Source: Dendrobates tinctorius (lineage: Eukaryota). From it: a DNA stretch of 64,000 nucleotides. The stretch spans positions 20,026,001 to 20,090,000 of the forward strand of contig NW_027361677.1 in the NCBI RefSeq assembly GCF_039654945.1, in the 5' to 3' direction. The translations under genes were made by a program, and so were the position numbers. A model generated the notes under the pieces. The model did not search any database and had not been told where the DNA came from. It saw only the letters and a program-made list of their open reading frames with translations. Shown here piece by piece: positions 39,901 through 53,800 of this stretch. How positions within the stretch are numbered: the stretch's first letter is position 1; each line of letters opens with the position of its first letter.

Positions 39901-42900
39901 ACCCCTGCTCCGTCCACTTCCATGGGAGCGGCGGTGTAACGTGTGACCCCCGCTCCGTCCACTTCCATGGGAGCAGTGGTGTAATGTGTGACCCCCGCTC
40001 CATCCACTGCATTACTACTCCCATAGAAGTGGACGGAGCAAGGTCACACCACCACTCCCTTAGAAGTGGATGGTGCAGGGGTGTCACTCGGTACACCATT
40101 GCCCCCACAGAAATGGAGGGAGCAGGGTCACATTAATTGCCCCCCAGCCCCTCCCACAAAAAAAATATCGGGTTCACAAAAGCATATCTTGTAACTTTGC
40201 TGCCCTTACAAAGTAATTTTTGTCTTATTGAGCCCCCTAGATTCCCCATATAGTACAGTGGTCCCCGCGGTCACCATGATGGGCATTACATACACAGCTC
40301 TGGACATGACGGCCATCTGCAGCCTTGTATTGTACTAGTGACGTCAGGCTGCGATCACCTCGCCCTGCACATCGGCTCCCGCCACCGCGCAGATGCGGTC
40401 AGACAGTGACCGTAGGCTCCGATGTACAGGGGCTGCAGTATTTGGGGTGTGTAAGTGTCGTACACACCAGCAAATGTTTCCTCGTTTCCCATCACTTACA
40501 GATCAGTACCGCGTCTTTCCATCCTGTGATTTCCAGAATCCACGACTTTTTATTCTCGGTGTATAAAGGACACAGAAACCATTGAGAGACACAACTCACG
40601 TAGTCCTGCTCGTACTCCAGCACGGCGGTGTACAGCTCCTTCTGCTCTTCCTCCTCCGGGCTCATCCGCTTTTCTTTTTTGAACAGTCTGCAGTCAAAAC
40701 AGAAGCAGCTGAGGAAAAAGGAAACCACCCCCCCCATGGCGGGGCCTCAGGGATCTACCTGCCGGACTCCTGCTGCAGCCGCTGCCTGCGCTCCTCCGCT
40801 TTCCTCTGCAGCTGAGGACGATCGTTAAGGATTCCTTTAGCGTTTCTTAGGCCTTTTAGTTTAAGAAAAAAAGTCAATGATTCAATTAGGAAATATAAAG
40901 ACAGCAAAAAAATTACAAAATAAAACCCTCCCTGCACCCAGAACATCGGCACATGAAGGATACAGTGTCTTCTCGGGCCTTGGCTATTACCAGGTTCTCC
41001 ATCATCTGTCTCTGCAGTGACAGTGTCTGGAAGAAAGAAACAGAGTTGTTTCCCAGGACTTTTATATTGATGACCGACCCATAATGAAGGTCATCAATAT
41101 AAGATTGGTGGGGGTCCGACGCCCGGCAGCCCCCACAATCTGCCGTCCTGACCTCCAGCAGTGGTACTGTATACGGAGCGGTGCATTACAGCTCCACGCC
41201 CGGTGCAGCCACGGCCGGGTACTGCAGACGGACTATTTTCCCTCCCTTTTATGGCAAATTAATGGGGTCCTACAAAAAAAAAATAAAAAAAAAATGACCA
41301 CGTATGTGAACAGGATAGAAAAGAAAAAAAAGTTATAAAGTGGAAAAATTGGCCACAGGGGAAATGGGTAGTCCGGCCGTAGTATATGGATGACCCATCT
41401 GTAGGGTAGGTGATCCATGTTAGTGGTGGTCTACCACCCCCACCCATCAGCTGCTACCACCCCGATGTAAACAAGCAGCTGCACAATGGCAGTAGCGGCC
41501 GCTCCCTCCCGAGTTCTGCAGGACCCAGGAGCGGCTGCTACACATGACATGGAGCCGGTGTATTTGGATCGGTAAGACCACCATCAATCTGATATTAATG
41601 ACCAGTCCAAAAGCTGCATTTACAGAGTGCGATTATCATGTACGAGTGTTCCCAGAAGGGTAGTTTTGCTAGACTGGTGCAAATGAGAAAAAAGAAAAAC
41701 TACTCATTCCTTGCGTGAAATGATCTTTTGGGCTGTACACAAAATAGTTCTCGGCAGCACATCGATCTACGCAAGCTAGACTCGTGCTGCCGAGAACAAT
41801 GGCTGGGCTAATAAGCGACCGTCAGATCGGTAAATATCTACCGATCGGCCTTCGCTTAACACCGCAAATTCGGCTGGAGAAAAGGCTAAATCATAAATAT
41901 AAGGCATTAAATATTATGGATTTATAATGGAAAAAAAAAGGGAGAAATCTAGAATAAAGCTTCTTACTGCAGAGATTGGAGAGGAATCCTGCGGAGGAGC
42001 AGAAAGTCCGGCAGATCTGTGATCCTGGTTGTATGTCCTGGGTCTGACCATTTGTTTCTCTTTGTGAGATTTTAAAGGGTCCCAAACAAGACCCCTCCAC
42101 CCTCCTAGTCAGGTGAGAGGAGGACGGCTAATTACATGCAAGGGAAGTTTGCTCCCAGGACATTACTCTAATTTATGGCACAGTTTCCAGTAGGAACCTC
42201 CTGGAGGTAGGGTGTTGACCGCCATGTTTCCGAGCATACCAAAAATCTCAAATCTTTAAACCAGAGAAGTGATGAAGGTTCTCGATCATGAATAGGAGGA
42301 ACATGGAATTATGACATGGAGATATTAGATTCCAGTGTCCCATGCATGGAGGGGTCTGGAGACAGGAGGTCTATGTCAGGTGTCACCTGCCATTAGCATC
42401 TCTATACATGAGGCCCCAGAGAGGACAATGGGCGTCTGTGGAGGATAATGTCCTCATCTCTATGTGGAGCACAGACTGTTGACAAACAAACCCAGAGTGT
42501 GAGGATTGTGCAAGGCTGGATTTGCATTAGAATCCTCAATCTTCAGTGTGGAGGAGGCGGGAGATGTGCAGATAACTTCTTTTAAAGGAACTGGTTCCAA
42601 ACAAGACACAATCAGAATCTAAACCTCCCCCCAAGAAAAGGGGCATTTCTTGAAGCAGTTTCCATTTGAAGAACTCAATTTTTGAATACAGAGGAAAAAA
42701 CAAAAAAAAAAAAAAAAAAAAACACCACACATCGGAGACATCCTGACCTTTGTGTTTGGCTGGAGACTGATTATATTGGTAATGAAGCTGTATGGTGACC
42801 ACACCAGTTTTCAGGGTAACATGCCCAGCTTTCTCAGAGTCCTGGATGGTAAGTATATTACAAGGATGACTTACTATACAGGGGTCTGGTAAAGTTGGGT

Positions 42901-45900
42901 GGTGTCGGATCTGGCCGACCATATAGCTGGTCACCCAGCTTTACCAGGAAAAGAATATCTGAAAACCCTATCTTGCTATATCTTGACAGGAGCATCATGG
43001 CCACGTCAGTAATCCATGGCTGGCGGACCCCAGACGGGCAAACCTCAGGGGAGATGTAGTTTGGGCAAGTTCAATTTCGGACGGCCGATAGCTTTCTCAT
43101 AGAAAACACAAAAGTGATTTGCAGTCCGTAATCGGGGTACAGGGGAGCGGCAGCTGGGGATCTCCTTACCTGTCTGCCAAAATTTGGGTCAGAAGACCTG
43201 CTTCATGGCAAAATCAGAAATTTATATTCTTCAAAGAAGAGAGGATGGAATGAACATTCCGCACCATGCTATGCAGCAATATCCATACATTTATAGTTAG
43301 TGTAAAAAAAAACAAAAAAAAACACTATAAGGCAAGGGAAATAAAGTCAGATTTAAACCCGAAATATCCTGCGTCACTGCGCAAACAAGAAGCTGAAAAA
43401 AAAAAAAAAAGTGTAAGGTTACCACTAGAAAAACTTGTGTAATGCATAATGCGCATCTCCTTACAGCTGGCTCCATATTCCGAGCCCCCCACAGTGGTGG
43501 TCGCAGTGACCCCCGTTCTGTCGGACTCATCCAGACACTATGTCCCATGGACGGCCGCTTTATTTAGGCTGTTCCAAATTAGATGCAGCTTAAATGTGGT
43601 TTGGAAACTGAAAACCAAAAGATAAACGATAGGGAAAGTGAAGTGAGCAGACGGGGAGGGAAGGCGTAGTGACTGACGGGCGGCCACCATATCCATACAG
43701 GGCACAGACGCGTACGCTCGGGGATCGGGCACACACCTTTCCTCGGGCTCCCCCCTGCCTGCCCCATCGCCTTCTTTTGCAGATACTCGTCCTAGAAAGC
43801 TGGATGCTCAGGAATCATTCATTGCAAACTACACTGTGCCCTCCTGCTGAGGGTCTGACTGCTGACGATGGGGGATGGGAGCTCCCACCTGTGAAACTTC
43901 TAATTATCTCCACTGGCCCATTAACCTGTCGGTGGAGGCTGGAAGCCCCGAGACCGATCAGACGGCCGTCACCTGATCGATGCTTAAGGGTATGTGCACA
44001 CACTGCGGATCTGCAGCGGATTTGGCCCTGCGGATGGCACAGCAGATCCGCAAGCAATGTACAGTACCATGTTAGCCAATGGGATTTCTAAACTGCAATG
44101 CACACGCTGTGGATTTTTCTGCGCGGATTTGCTAGGGTTTTCAATCCACAGCATGTCAATTCTCTCTGCGGATTCCGCAGCGGTTTGACACCTGTTCCAT
44201 TGTCCAGGTGTCAAACCGCAGGGGAAAACAGCAGGACACTTTACTTGCGGTTTTAACTGCAAATCCGCAGGTGAATCCGCACTGTGTGCGCTCACCCTAA
44301 TGGCTGTCTCTCCCATACACCGGATCGCTCCTGTGATCTCTAGGAGAAAGCTGCCGACAAACATCTCTGCCGGTGACTTCACTCAGGGAGATCGAAATCG
44401 GACATGTCCAATCAACATCTCCCCCGACAATCAGTCACACTCCGATATCGACAGGTTTAGCCGGCAGTCTAATGTGTATGGGGGTCGCCGGCTGAAAATG
44501 CTGATATCGGGGTAAAGTTGGGGACCCCGCAAATATTAGAGCAGTGATCTCCAACGCCAGTCCTCAGAGCTATCAAACAGATCAGGATTTCCTTAGTACT
44601 GCATGGGTGATAATTCCATCATGATCTGTTGGTGGCTCCTGAGGACTTGAGTTGGTGAACAATGGTCTAATGTGTATGGGCCCCCCTCCCCCAGAGGCGT
44701 GCGGCTGGTGTGAACCTCCTCAATATCCCCCCGTTGGGCTGTGACTGATGGATCTCTCTTCTGCCAGATGGTTTGTGTTCCTGAAACATGAACTTGTAGC
44801 ACATTTCCAAATAATATATGAAGTGTCCCTTTAATTCACGTAACAATGGCAGCCGTAATAGCGCCCCCTGTAGGGGCTGTCACCCGCTCCAACATGTGAA
44901 TCAGGCTTTATATTTGGCCACTTACCAACGAAGTCTTCTGCGCCGCCTGCCTGGGGTTCAGCCGGGCCAACCGGACTTCATACGCAGCCCGGAGCTTCTG
45001 GTTCTGTATGGACGCCTCTTCTAGGGGGGTGAGCTCCCTGGTAACAGACACATCATTACTGGGTTGCTCCCCTGACCAGGAGGATCTTGGGGTACTCACT
45101 TTTTAGAACTCTGAACTTCAGCCGCCCTCAGCATTTGGAAAACCTCTGGTGTTGGAAAAGCTCTGAGCTTCTGAGCCTCATCTGAACAAGCTCGTCGGTG
45201 CCTATAGTGATGGCTGGGACTGGGAGCCACCGGTGACGTCACTGAGGTGGTCGCGGAAGTAGCGGACGATGTGCTTGTAGTCTTTATAGTAGATGGCGGA
45301 ATGGGGACTTCAGAAATACGATTTTCCGGTGACTGTAAATTAACATCCGATTTACCTAAAACAAAAATCATGACGGGCCTAAGGTTTGTTACAGTGTATC
45401 AGTGCAACATATCTATTCTAGTGAAATCCCAGCGCAAAGAGTGGGCCTGCACTGATACACTGTAACAAACCCTCAGCTTAGGAGGGTAGTGAAATAATCA
45501 GATTCAGGTCATTGCATTCATTTAGTTTCCAGACACCTATAGACAGAGGCTGGAAGCAGAGTGGTCTCACCCAACTTATCCGCCGTCGTCCGTGCCCTCT
45601 CGAGACATTGTTCCGCTAACTTCAGCATCTTCAGGGAGTCCGGGCTCAGGGCGTCATTTACTGATAGGGACAGAAGTTACAGAGTTTGACGCTTCTACTT
45701 TAAAATAAAAACAACAACTTTTTCCTTCAGCTCTGACCACACGATGGCGCCGTTGTAATGAATCTAATTAGATGGAGCGCTGCTTACCTTTCTGCTTGGC
45801 TTCCTCAGCCAGGGTTTGGGAAATGAAGCTCACGCCCCTGAGGTATTCCACATAGGCGTCCTGGGAAAAGCAAGAAAATATTTTATTTAATTTATAATTT

Positions 45901-47278
45901 TTTCTTTTTTTAAACTGTTCTATTTATTTTTTAAGCCCCCAGCACTATTATAATCATAATAAAAAATTGATCCACAAACTATTTAACCCCTGCAGTAAAC
46001 TGTGTAAAAAAAAAAACAAACAATAGGTCAGAATTGTGATTTTTTTTTTTGTCTCTTTTTTTCCCCCATTTCAACGCACTTGGGAATTTTTTGTACATTT
46101 TATGGCAAAAGTGAATTTGAAACTAAAACTAGTCCTGAAATAGAAACACGTCCTCACGTGTGGACAAAAAGATAAAATAATAAAAAGTTATGGCTTTTGG
46201 AAGAAGAGGAGGAAAATAGCCCCCCCAAAAAAAATGGGTGTTTGTATTCCTGCAGCGCCACCGCAGGTGGAATGAGGTATTACACTTTTACGGTAAGTAA
46301 TATAGGACCATGTTCCACTTCTGCAGACAGAATCACTTCTCTGTAGTGACGGTCGCCCCGCTGCTCATTACATCAGTCCTTCTGTTAATCACTGGTGCCA
46401 TCTCCGCCGCCGCGCTCTACATGGAGCCCAGACCAGAAGAGCAGGTAGGAATACAAGTCTGGGCAGATGTGGAGCCGCCCTGGGTGAGCTGTATCCTGGC
46501 GCTGTCCCGCACCGGGTGATTGCAGCTCTTGGGTGTTAGCGGTCAGCGGGGGGCACGGTGAAATATTCATCCCGCCAACCAATAAGAAATGTGATCAGTA
46601 AGGGGCCCCCCGGTATTAGAAGGCGGACCCCCGATGATGACCCATAGAGGCGCCGACACATCCGTACAAAGCTCTGCGTGATGGCCGGGGGTCTCAGGAT
46701 CACAGACCCCACTAATCTGCATGCAATAAAAGAGAAAACCCAACTCTAGGACTAGTAATGTAAATGAGATTTGCCATTCATTCTAAAGAATATAGAATAA
46801 AAAAAATTAATATTTAAAATATATATTTTTTAATAAACGATCCAAGTTTGTTGTCGCCGCCCTCGCGCTGCGGAATCTCGCCGGACGAACATCGTGACCG
46901 TACCGCGAACGCTGGGAACCGGTGGAGACAGGAGGGTTTTTGGTTTTTCTTCACCTTTTCGTCCCTTTTGCCTTTTCCGCTCCATTATATGACAGGGTGA
47001 CGGCACAACGCGTAATTCGGCCGGAGAGACGGAAAAATACAACAGTGACGGAACGCAGAGGAAAAAATGGAAACCGACAGCGAAGCATGAGAAAGGAAGG
47101 GGTTAAGCCTTAGTGGGGGCTGATGGTGGAGGACAGGTCTCTCTGACAGCCCCTCCCATAGAGGACGCCCCCCGGTGCTCACCCGGTGCCGGCTCCCGGT
47201 GTCCAGCTGGATCGCCCTGTCCGCCAGCTTCATCGCCCTCTGCAGCGGCTTCAGCGCCCCGTCCGAACAGGAAGCCAT
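33905..47278 (-). CDS. VPS9D1: VPS9 domain-containing protein 1 (MIT-like N-terminus, C-terminal VPS9 GEF domain), 648 aa; exons 47278-47183, 45860-45788, 45660-45571, 45355-45100, 45037-44926, 41026-40964, 40811-40759, 40687-40600, 38224-38139, 37948-37512, 37030-36901, 36756-36566, 35536-35470, 34637-34533, 34004-33905
   Basis: 15 exons splice in phase to 1947 nt. Recognised segments: [81 protein letters not shown] and [15 protein letters not shown] (VPS9 motifs). Synteny supports the call. Confidence 0.95.
35826..36145. repeat. 52-bp tandem repeat (~6 copies) with one inverted partner copy at ~36268-36312
   Basis: Unit gtggcatccggacccgggttctgcaaacttcctagaccctggcggtaactcc. Confidence 0.9.
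39012..40010. repeat. Variable ~34-48-bp minisatellite (tccacttccatgggagcggcggtgtaacgtgtgacccc)n with an inverted partner at ~40020-40132
   Basis: Tandem units read directly; inverted copy ccatagaagtggacggagcaaggtcacac. Confidence 0.92.
40812..40963 (-). other. U12-type (minor spliceosome) GT-AG intron in VPS9D1
   Basis: 5' site GTATCCTT and branch point TCCTTAAC (40831-40824) about 10 nt upstream of the AG, without a long pyrimidine tract. Confidence 0.88.
43988..44297. mobile_element. PIF/Harbinger-type MITE
   Basis: TAA flanks, TIR gggtatgtgcacac / gtgtgcgctcaccc, and internal tgcggat/atccgca repeats. Confidence 0.75.
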
Positions 47279-47730
47279 GACTGACGAACCAACTACGGGA
47301 ACAGCCGGCACCCGGAACTCTTATGCTGAGCCTCAGGGGTCCACCCGGAATGTAAACAGTCACTGCACAATCCGGAGCGAATTACTAGCGGACCAGCAAA
47401 GGGACGAGGAAATGGTCACAGCACCATCTGGCGGCCGGAGGATCGCATAGCAATTACTATTGAATGGAAATAGGAATTACTAATTAATATGAATTATCGT
47501 GATAGTCATGATATCAGATACGGAGGTTTACACAGTAACGTAATGTGGACAGAGGAGGATTTATTTCTGAAACGATTTTTTTCAGATCTAAACCCGTTAT
47601 TACATGGTCCGAATGTAGTCTCTACACGTGACCAGCAGGGGGAGACGTGCCCAGCGGGAGGAAGCGGTGGCACTGAGTCCCCCGGCTGGATGGCGGCTCC
47701 CGGGCTGCCGCTAGGGGGTGAGGCCGCGGA
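47279..47730. promoter_or_regulatory. Head-to-head VPS9D1/ZNF276 promoter region, including a CTCF-like motif at 47419-47437 (-)
   Basis: Divergent ATGs 452 bp apart in CpG-rich DNA; cggccgccagatggtgctg on the minus strand. Confidence 0.65.
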
Positions 47731-47842
47731 ATGAAGCGGGACAGGCGCGGGCGGAACACGTCCTGTCACCGGAGGGCTTCCCGGGCTACGGCGACAGAAA
47801 GGAGCCAAGTGCCCAAACCGCCCTCAACCGAGCCCAGAGCGG
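47731..47842 (+). CDS. ZNF276: Probable first coding exon of zinc finger protein 276 (rest of the gene lies beyond the window)
   Basis: MKRDRRGR... resembles the ZNF276 N-terminus (MKRDRLGR in human, recalled). Strong phase-1 donor G|GTAAGG. Head-to-head with VPS9D1 as in mammals. Only the first ~8 residues are recognisable. Confidence 0.7.
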
Positions 47843-47895
47843 GTAAGGAACGGGGGCCGGAGAGCGAGCCAGAGCTGCTGCAGAACCTCTTACCA

Positions 47896-50800
47896 TGTAT
47901 GTACACAGTGACTGCACCAGCAGAATAGTGAGTGCAGCTCTGGGGTATAATACAGGATGTAACTCAGGATCAGTAATGTAATGTATGTACACAGTGACTG
48001 CACCAGCAGAATAGTGAGTGCAGCTCTGGGGTATAATACAGGATGTAACTCAGGATCAGTAATGTAATGTATGTACACAGTGACTGCACCAGCAGAATAG
48101 TGAGTGCAGCTCTGGGGTATAATACAGGATGTAACTCAGGATCAGTAATGTAATGTATGTATGTACACAGTGACTGCACCAGCAGAATAGTGAGTGCAGC
48201 TCTGGAGTATAATACAAGAGATAACTCAGGATCAGTCATGTAATGTATGTACACAGTGACTGCACCAGCAGAATAGTGAGTGCAGCTCTGGGGTATAATA
48301 CAGGATGTAACTCCGGATCAGTAATGTATGTACACAGTGACTGCACCAGCAGAATAGTGAGTGCAGCTCTGGGGTATAATACAGGATGTAACTCAGGATC
48401 AGTAATGTAATGTATGTACACAGTGACTGCACCAGCAGAATAGTGAGTGCAGCTCTGGGGTATAATACAGGATGTAACTCAGGATCAGTAATGTATGTAC
48501 ACAGTGACTGCACCAGCAGAATAGTGAGTGCAGCTCTGGAGTATAATACAGGATGTAACTCAGGATCAGTAATGTAATGTATGTACACAGTGACTGCACC
48601 AGCAGAATAGTGAGTGCAGCTCTGGAGTATAATACAGGATGTAACTCAGGATCAGTAATGTAATGTATGTACACAGTGACTGCACCAGCAGAATAGTGAG
48701 TGCAGCTCTGGAGTATAATACAGGATGTAACTCAGGATCAGTAATGTAATGTATGTACACAGTGACTGCACCAGCAGAATAGTGAGTGCAGCTCTGGAGT
48801 ATAATACAAGAGATAACTCAGGATCAGTAATGTAATGTATGTACACAGTGACTGCACCAGCAGAATAGTGAGTGCAGCTCTGGAGTATAATACAGGATGT
48901 AACTCAGGATCAGTAATGTATGTACACAGTGACTGCACCAGCAGAATAGTGAGTGCAGCACTGGGGTATAATACAGGATGTAACTCAGGATCAGTAATGT
49001 AATGTATGTACACAGTGACTGCACCAGCAGGATAGTGAGTGCAGCTCTGGAGTATAATACAGGATGTAACTCAGGATCAGTAATGTATGTACACAGTGAC
49101 TGCAGCAGCAGAATAGTGAGTTCAGCACTGGGGTATAATACAGGATGTAACTCAGGATCAGTAATGTAATGTATGTACACAGTGACTGCACCAGCAGAAT
49201 AGTGAGTGCGGCTCTGGGGTATAATACAGGATGTAACTCAGGATGAGTAATGTAATGTATGTACACAGTGACTGCACCAGCAGAATAGTGAGTGCAGCTC
49301 TGGAGTATAATACAGGATGTAACTCAGGATCAGTAATGTAATGTATGTACACAGTGACTGCACCAGCAGAATAGTGAGTGCAGCTCTGGAGTATAATACA
49401 AGAGATAACTCAGGATCAGTAATGTAATGTATGTACACAGTGACTGCACCAGCAGAATAGTGAGTGCAGCTCTGGAGTATAATACAGGATGTAACTCAGG
49501 ATCAGTAATGTATGTACACAGTGACTGCACCAGCAGAATAGTGAGTGCAGCACTGGGGTATAATACAGGATGTAACTCAGGATCAGTAATGTAATGTATG
49601 TACACAGTGACTGCACCAGCAGGATAGTGAGTGCAGCTCTGGAGTATAATACAGGATGTAACTCAGGATCAGTAATGTATGTACACAGTGACTGCAGCAG
49701 CAGAATAGTGAGTGCAGCACTGGGGTATAATACAGGGTGTAACTCAGGATCAGTAATGTAATGTATGTACACAGTGACTGCAGCAGCAGAATAGTGAGTG
49801 CAGCTCTGGAGTATAATACAGGGTGTAACTCAGGATCAGTAATGTAATGTATGTACACAGTGACTGCACCAGCAGAATAGTGAGTGCAGCTCTGGAGTAT
49901 AATACAGGATGTAACTCAGGATCAGTAATGTAATGTATGTACACAGTGACTGCACCAGCAGAATAGTGAGTGCAGCTCTGGAGTATAATACAAGAGATAA
50001 CTCAGGATCAGTAATGTAATGTATGTACACAGTGACTGCACCAGCAGAATAGTGAGTGCAGCTCTGGGGTATAATACAGGATGTAACTCAGGATCAGTAA
50101 TGTAATGTATGTACACAGTGACTGCACCAGCAGAATAGTGAGTGCAGCTCTGGGGTATAATACAGGATGTAACTCCGGATCAGTAATGTATGTACACAGT
50201 GACTGCACCAGCAGAATAGTGAGTGCAGCTCTGGGGTATAATACAGGATGTAACTCAGGATCAGTAATGTAATGTATGTACACAGTGACTGCACCAGCAG
50301 AATAGTGAGTGCAGCTCTGGGGTATAATACAGGATGTAACTCAGGATCAGTAATGTATGTACACAGTGACTGCACCAGCAGAATAGTGAGTGCAGCTCTG
50401 GAGTATAATACAGGATGTAACTCAGGATCAGTAATGTAATGTATGTACACAGTGACTGCACCAGCAGAATAGTGAGTGCAGCTCTGGAGTATAATACAGG
50501 ATGTAACTCAGGATCAGTAATGTAATGTATGTACACAGTGACTGCACCAGCAGAATAGTGAGTGCAGCTCTGGAGTATAATACAGGATGTAACTCAGGAT
50601 CAGTAATGTAATGTATGTACACAGTGACTGCACCAGCAGAATAGTGAGTGCAGCTCTGGAGTATAATACAAGAGATAACTCAGGATCAGTAATGTAATGT
50701 ATGTACACAGTGACTGCACCAGCAGAATAGTGAGTGCAGCTCTGGAGTATAATACAGGATGTAACTCAGGATCAGTAATGTATGTACACAGTGACTGCAC

Positions 50801-53800
50801 CAGCAGAATAGTGAGTGCAGCACTGGGGTATAATACAGGATGTAACTCAGGATCAGTAATGTAATGTATGTACACAGTGACTGCACCAGCAGGATAGTGA
50901 GTGCAGCTCTGGAGTATAATACAGGATGTAACTCAGGATCAGTAATGTATGTACACAGTGACTGCAGCAGCAGAATAGTGAGTGCAGCACTGGGGTATAA
51001 TACAGGATGTAACTCAGGATCAGTAATGTAATGTATGTACACAGTGACTGCACCAGCAGAATAGTGAGTGCGGCTCTGGGGTATAATACAGGATGTAACT
51101 CAGGATGAGTAATGTAATGTATGTACACAGTGACTGCACCAGCAGAATAGTGAGTGCAGCTCTGGAGTATAATACAGGATGTAACTCAGGATCATTAATG
51201 TAATGTATGTACACAGTGACTGCACCAGCAGAATAGTGAGTGCAGCTCTGGAGTATAATACAAGAGATAACTCAGGATCAGTAATGTAATGTATGTACAC
51301 AGTGACTGCACCAGCAGAATAGTGAGTGCAGCTCTGGAGTATAATACAGGATGTAACTCAGGATCAGTAATGTATGTACACAGTGACTGCACCAGCAGAA
51401 TAGTGAGTGCAGCACTGGGGTATAATACAGGATGTAACTCAGGATCAGTAATGTAATGTATGTACACAGTGACTGCACCAGCAGGATAGTGAGTGCAGCT
51501 CTGGAGTATAATACAGGATGTAACTCAGGATCAGTAATGTATGTACACAGTGACTGCAGCAGCAGAATAGTGAGTGCAGCACTGGGGTATAATACAGGGT
51601 GTAACTCAGGATCAGTAATGTAATGTATGTACACAGTGACTGCAGCAGCAGAATAGTGAGTGCAGCTCTGGAGTATAATACAGGGTGTAACTCAGGATCA
51701 GTAATGTAATGTATGTACACAGTGACTGCACCAGCAGAATAGTGAGTGCAGCTCTGGAGTATAATACAGGATGTAACTCAGGATCAGTAATGTAATGTAT
51801 GTACACAGTGACTGCACCAGCAGAATAGTGAGTGCAGCTCTGGGGTATAATACAGGATGTAACTCAGGATCAGTAATGTAATGTATGTACACAGTGACTG
51901 CACCAGCAGGATAGTGAGTGCAGCTCTGGAGTATAATACAGGATGTAACTCAGGATCAGTAATGTATGTACACAGTGACTGCAGCAGCAGAATAGTGAGT
52001 GCAGCACTGGGGTATAATACAGGATGTAACTCAGGATCAGTAATGTAATGTATGTACACAGTGACTGCACCAGCAGAATAGTGAGTGCGGCTCTGGGGTA
52101 TAATACAGGATGTAACTCAGGATGAGTAATGTAATGTATGTACACAGTGACTGCACCAGCAGAATAGTGAGTGCAGCTCTGGAGTATAATACAGGATGTA
52201 ACTCAGGATCAGTAATGTAATGTATGTACACAGTGACTGCACCAGCAGAATAGTGAGTGCAGCTCTGGAGTATAATACAGGATGTAACTCAGGATCAGTA
52301 ATGTATGTACACAGTGACTGCACCAGCAGAATAGTGAGTGCAGCTCTGGAGTATAATACAGGATGTAACTCAGGATCAGTAATGTAATGTATGTACACAG
52401 TGACTGCACCAGCAGAATAGTGAGTGCAGCTCTGGAGTATAATACAGGATGTAACTCAGGATCAGTAATGTATGTACACAGTGACTGCACCAGCAGAATA
52501 GTGAGTGCAGCTCTGGAGTATAATACAGGATGTAACTCAGGATCAGTAATGTAATGTATGTACACAGTGACTGCACCAGCAGAATAGTGAGTGCAGCTCT
52601 GGAGTATAATACAGGATGTAACTCAGGATCAGTAATGTAATGTATGTACACAGTGACTGCACCAGCAGAATAGTGAGTGCAGCACTGGGGTATAATACAG
52701 GATGTAGCTCAGGATCAGTAATGTAATGTATGTACACAGTGACTGCACCAGCAGAATAGTGAGTGCAGCTCTGGAGTATAATACAGGATGTAACTCAGGA
52801 TCAGTAATGTAATGTATGTACACAGTGACTGCACCAGCAGAATAGTGAGTGCAGCTCTGGGGTATAATACAGGATGTAGCTCAGGATCAGTAATGTAATG
52901 TATGTACACAGTGACTGCACCAGCAGAATAGTGAGTGCAGCTCTGGAGTATAATACAAGATGTAACTCAGGATCAGTAATGTAATGTATGTACACAGTGA
53001 CTGCACCAGCAGAATAGTGAGTGCAGCTCTGGAGTATAATACAGGATGTAACTCAGGATCAGTAATGTAATGTATGTACACAGTGACTGCACCAGCAGAA
53101 TAGTGAGTGCAGCTCTGGAGTATAATACAGGATGTAACTCAGGATCAGTAATGTAATGTATGTACACAGTGACTGCACCAGCAGAATAGTGAGTGCAGCT
53201 CTGGGGTATAATACAGGATGTAACTCAGGATCAGTAATGTAATGTATGTGCACAGTGACTGCACCAGCAGAATAGTGAGTGCAGCTCTGGGGTATAATAC
53301 AGGATGTAACTCAGGATCAGTAATGTAATGTATGTGCACAGTGACTGCACCAGCAGAATAGTGAGTGCAGCTCTGGGGTATAATACAGGATGTAACTCAG
53401 GATCAGTAATGTAATGTATGTACACAGTGACTGCACCAGCAGAATAGTGAGTGCAGCTCTGGGGTATAATACAGGATGTAACTCAGGATCAGTAATGTAT
53501 GTACACAGTGACTGCACCAGCAGAACAGTGAGTGCAGCTCTGGGGTATAATACAGGATGTAACTCAGGATCAGTAATGTAATGTGTGTACACAGTGACTG
53601 CACCAGCAGAATAGTGAGTGCAGCTCTGGAGTATAATACAGGATGTAACTCAGGATCAGTAATGTAATGTATGTACACAGTGACTGCACCAGCAGAATAG
53701 TGAGTGCAGCTCTGGGGTATAATACAGGATGTAACTCAGGATCAGTAATGTATGTACACAGTGACTGCACCAGCAGAACAGTGAGTGCAGCTCTGGGGTA

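Noticed and set aside
38921-40108. 248-395-aa ORFs ([10 protein letters not shown] repeats)
   Set aside because: Minisatellite translations within a VPS9D1 intron.
40498-40575. Possible extra VPS9D1 exon ([19 protein letters not shown], followed by a GTAAGT donor)
   Set aside because: Not needed for phase, no clear acceptor, and no recognisable homology; exon 40600 joins 38224 in frame.
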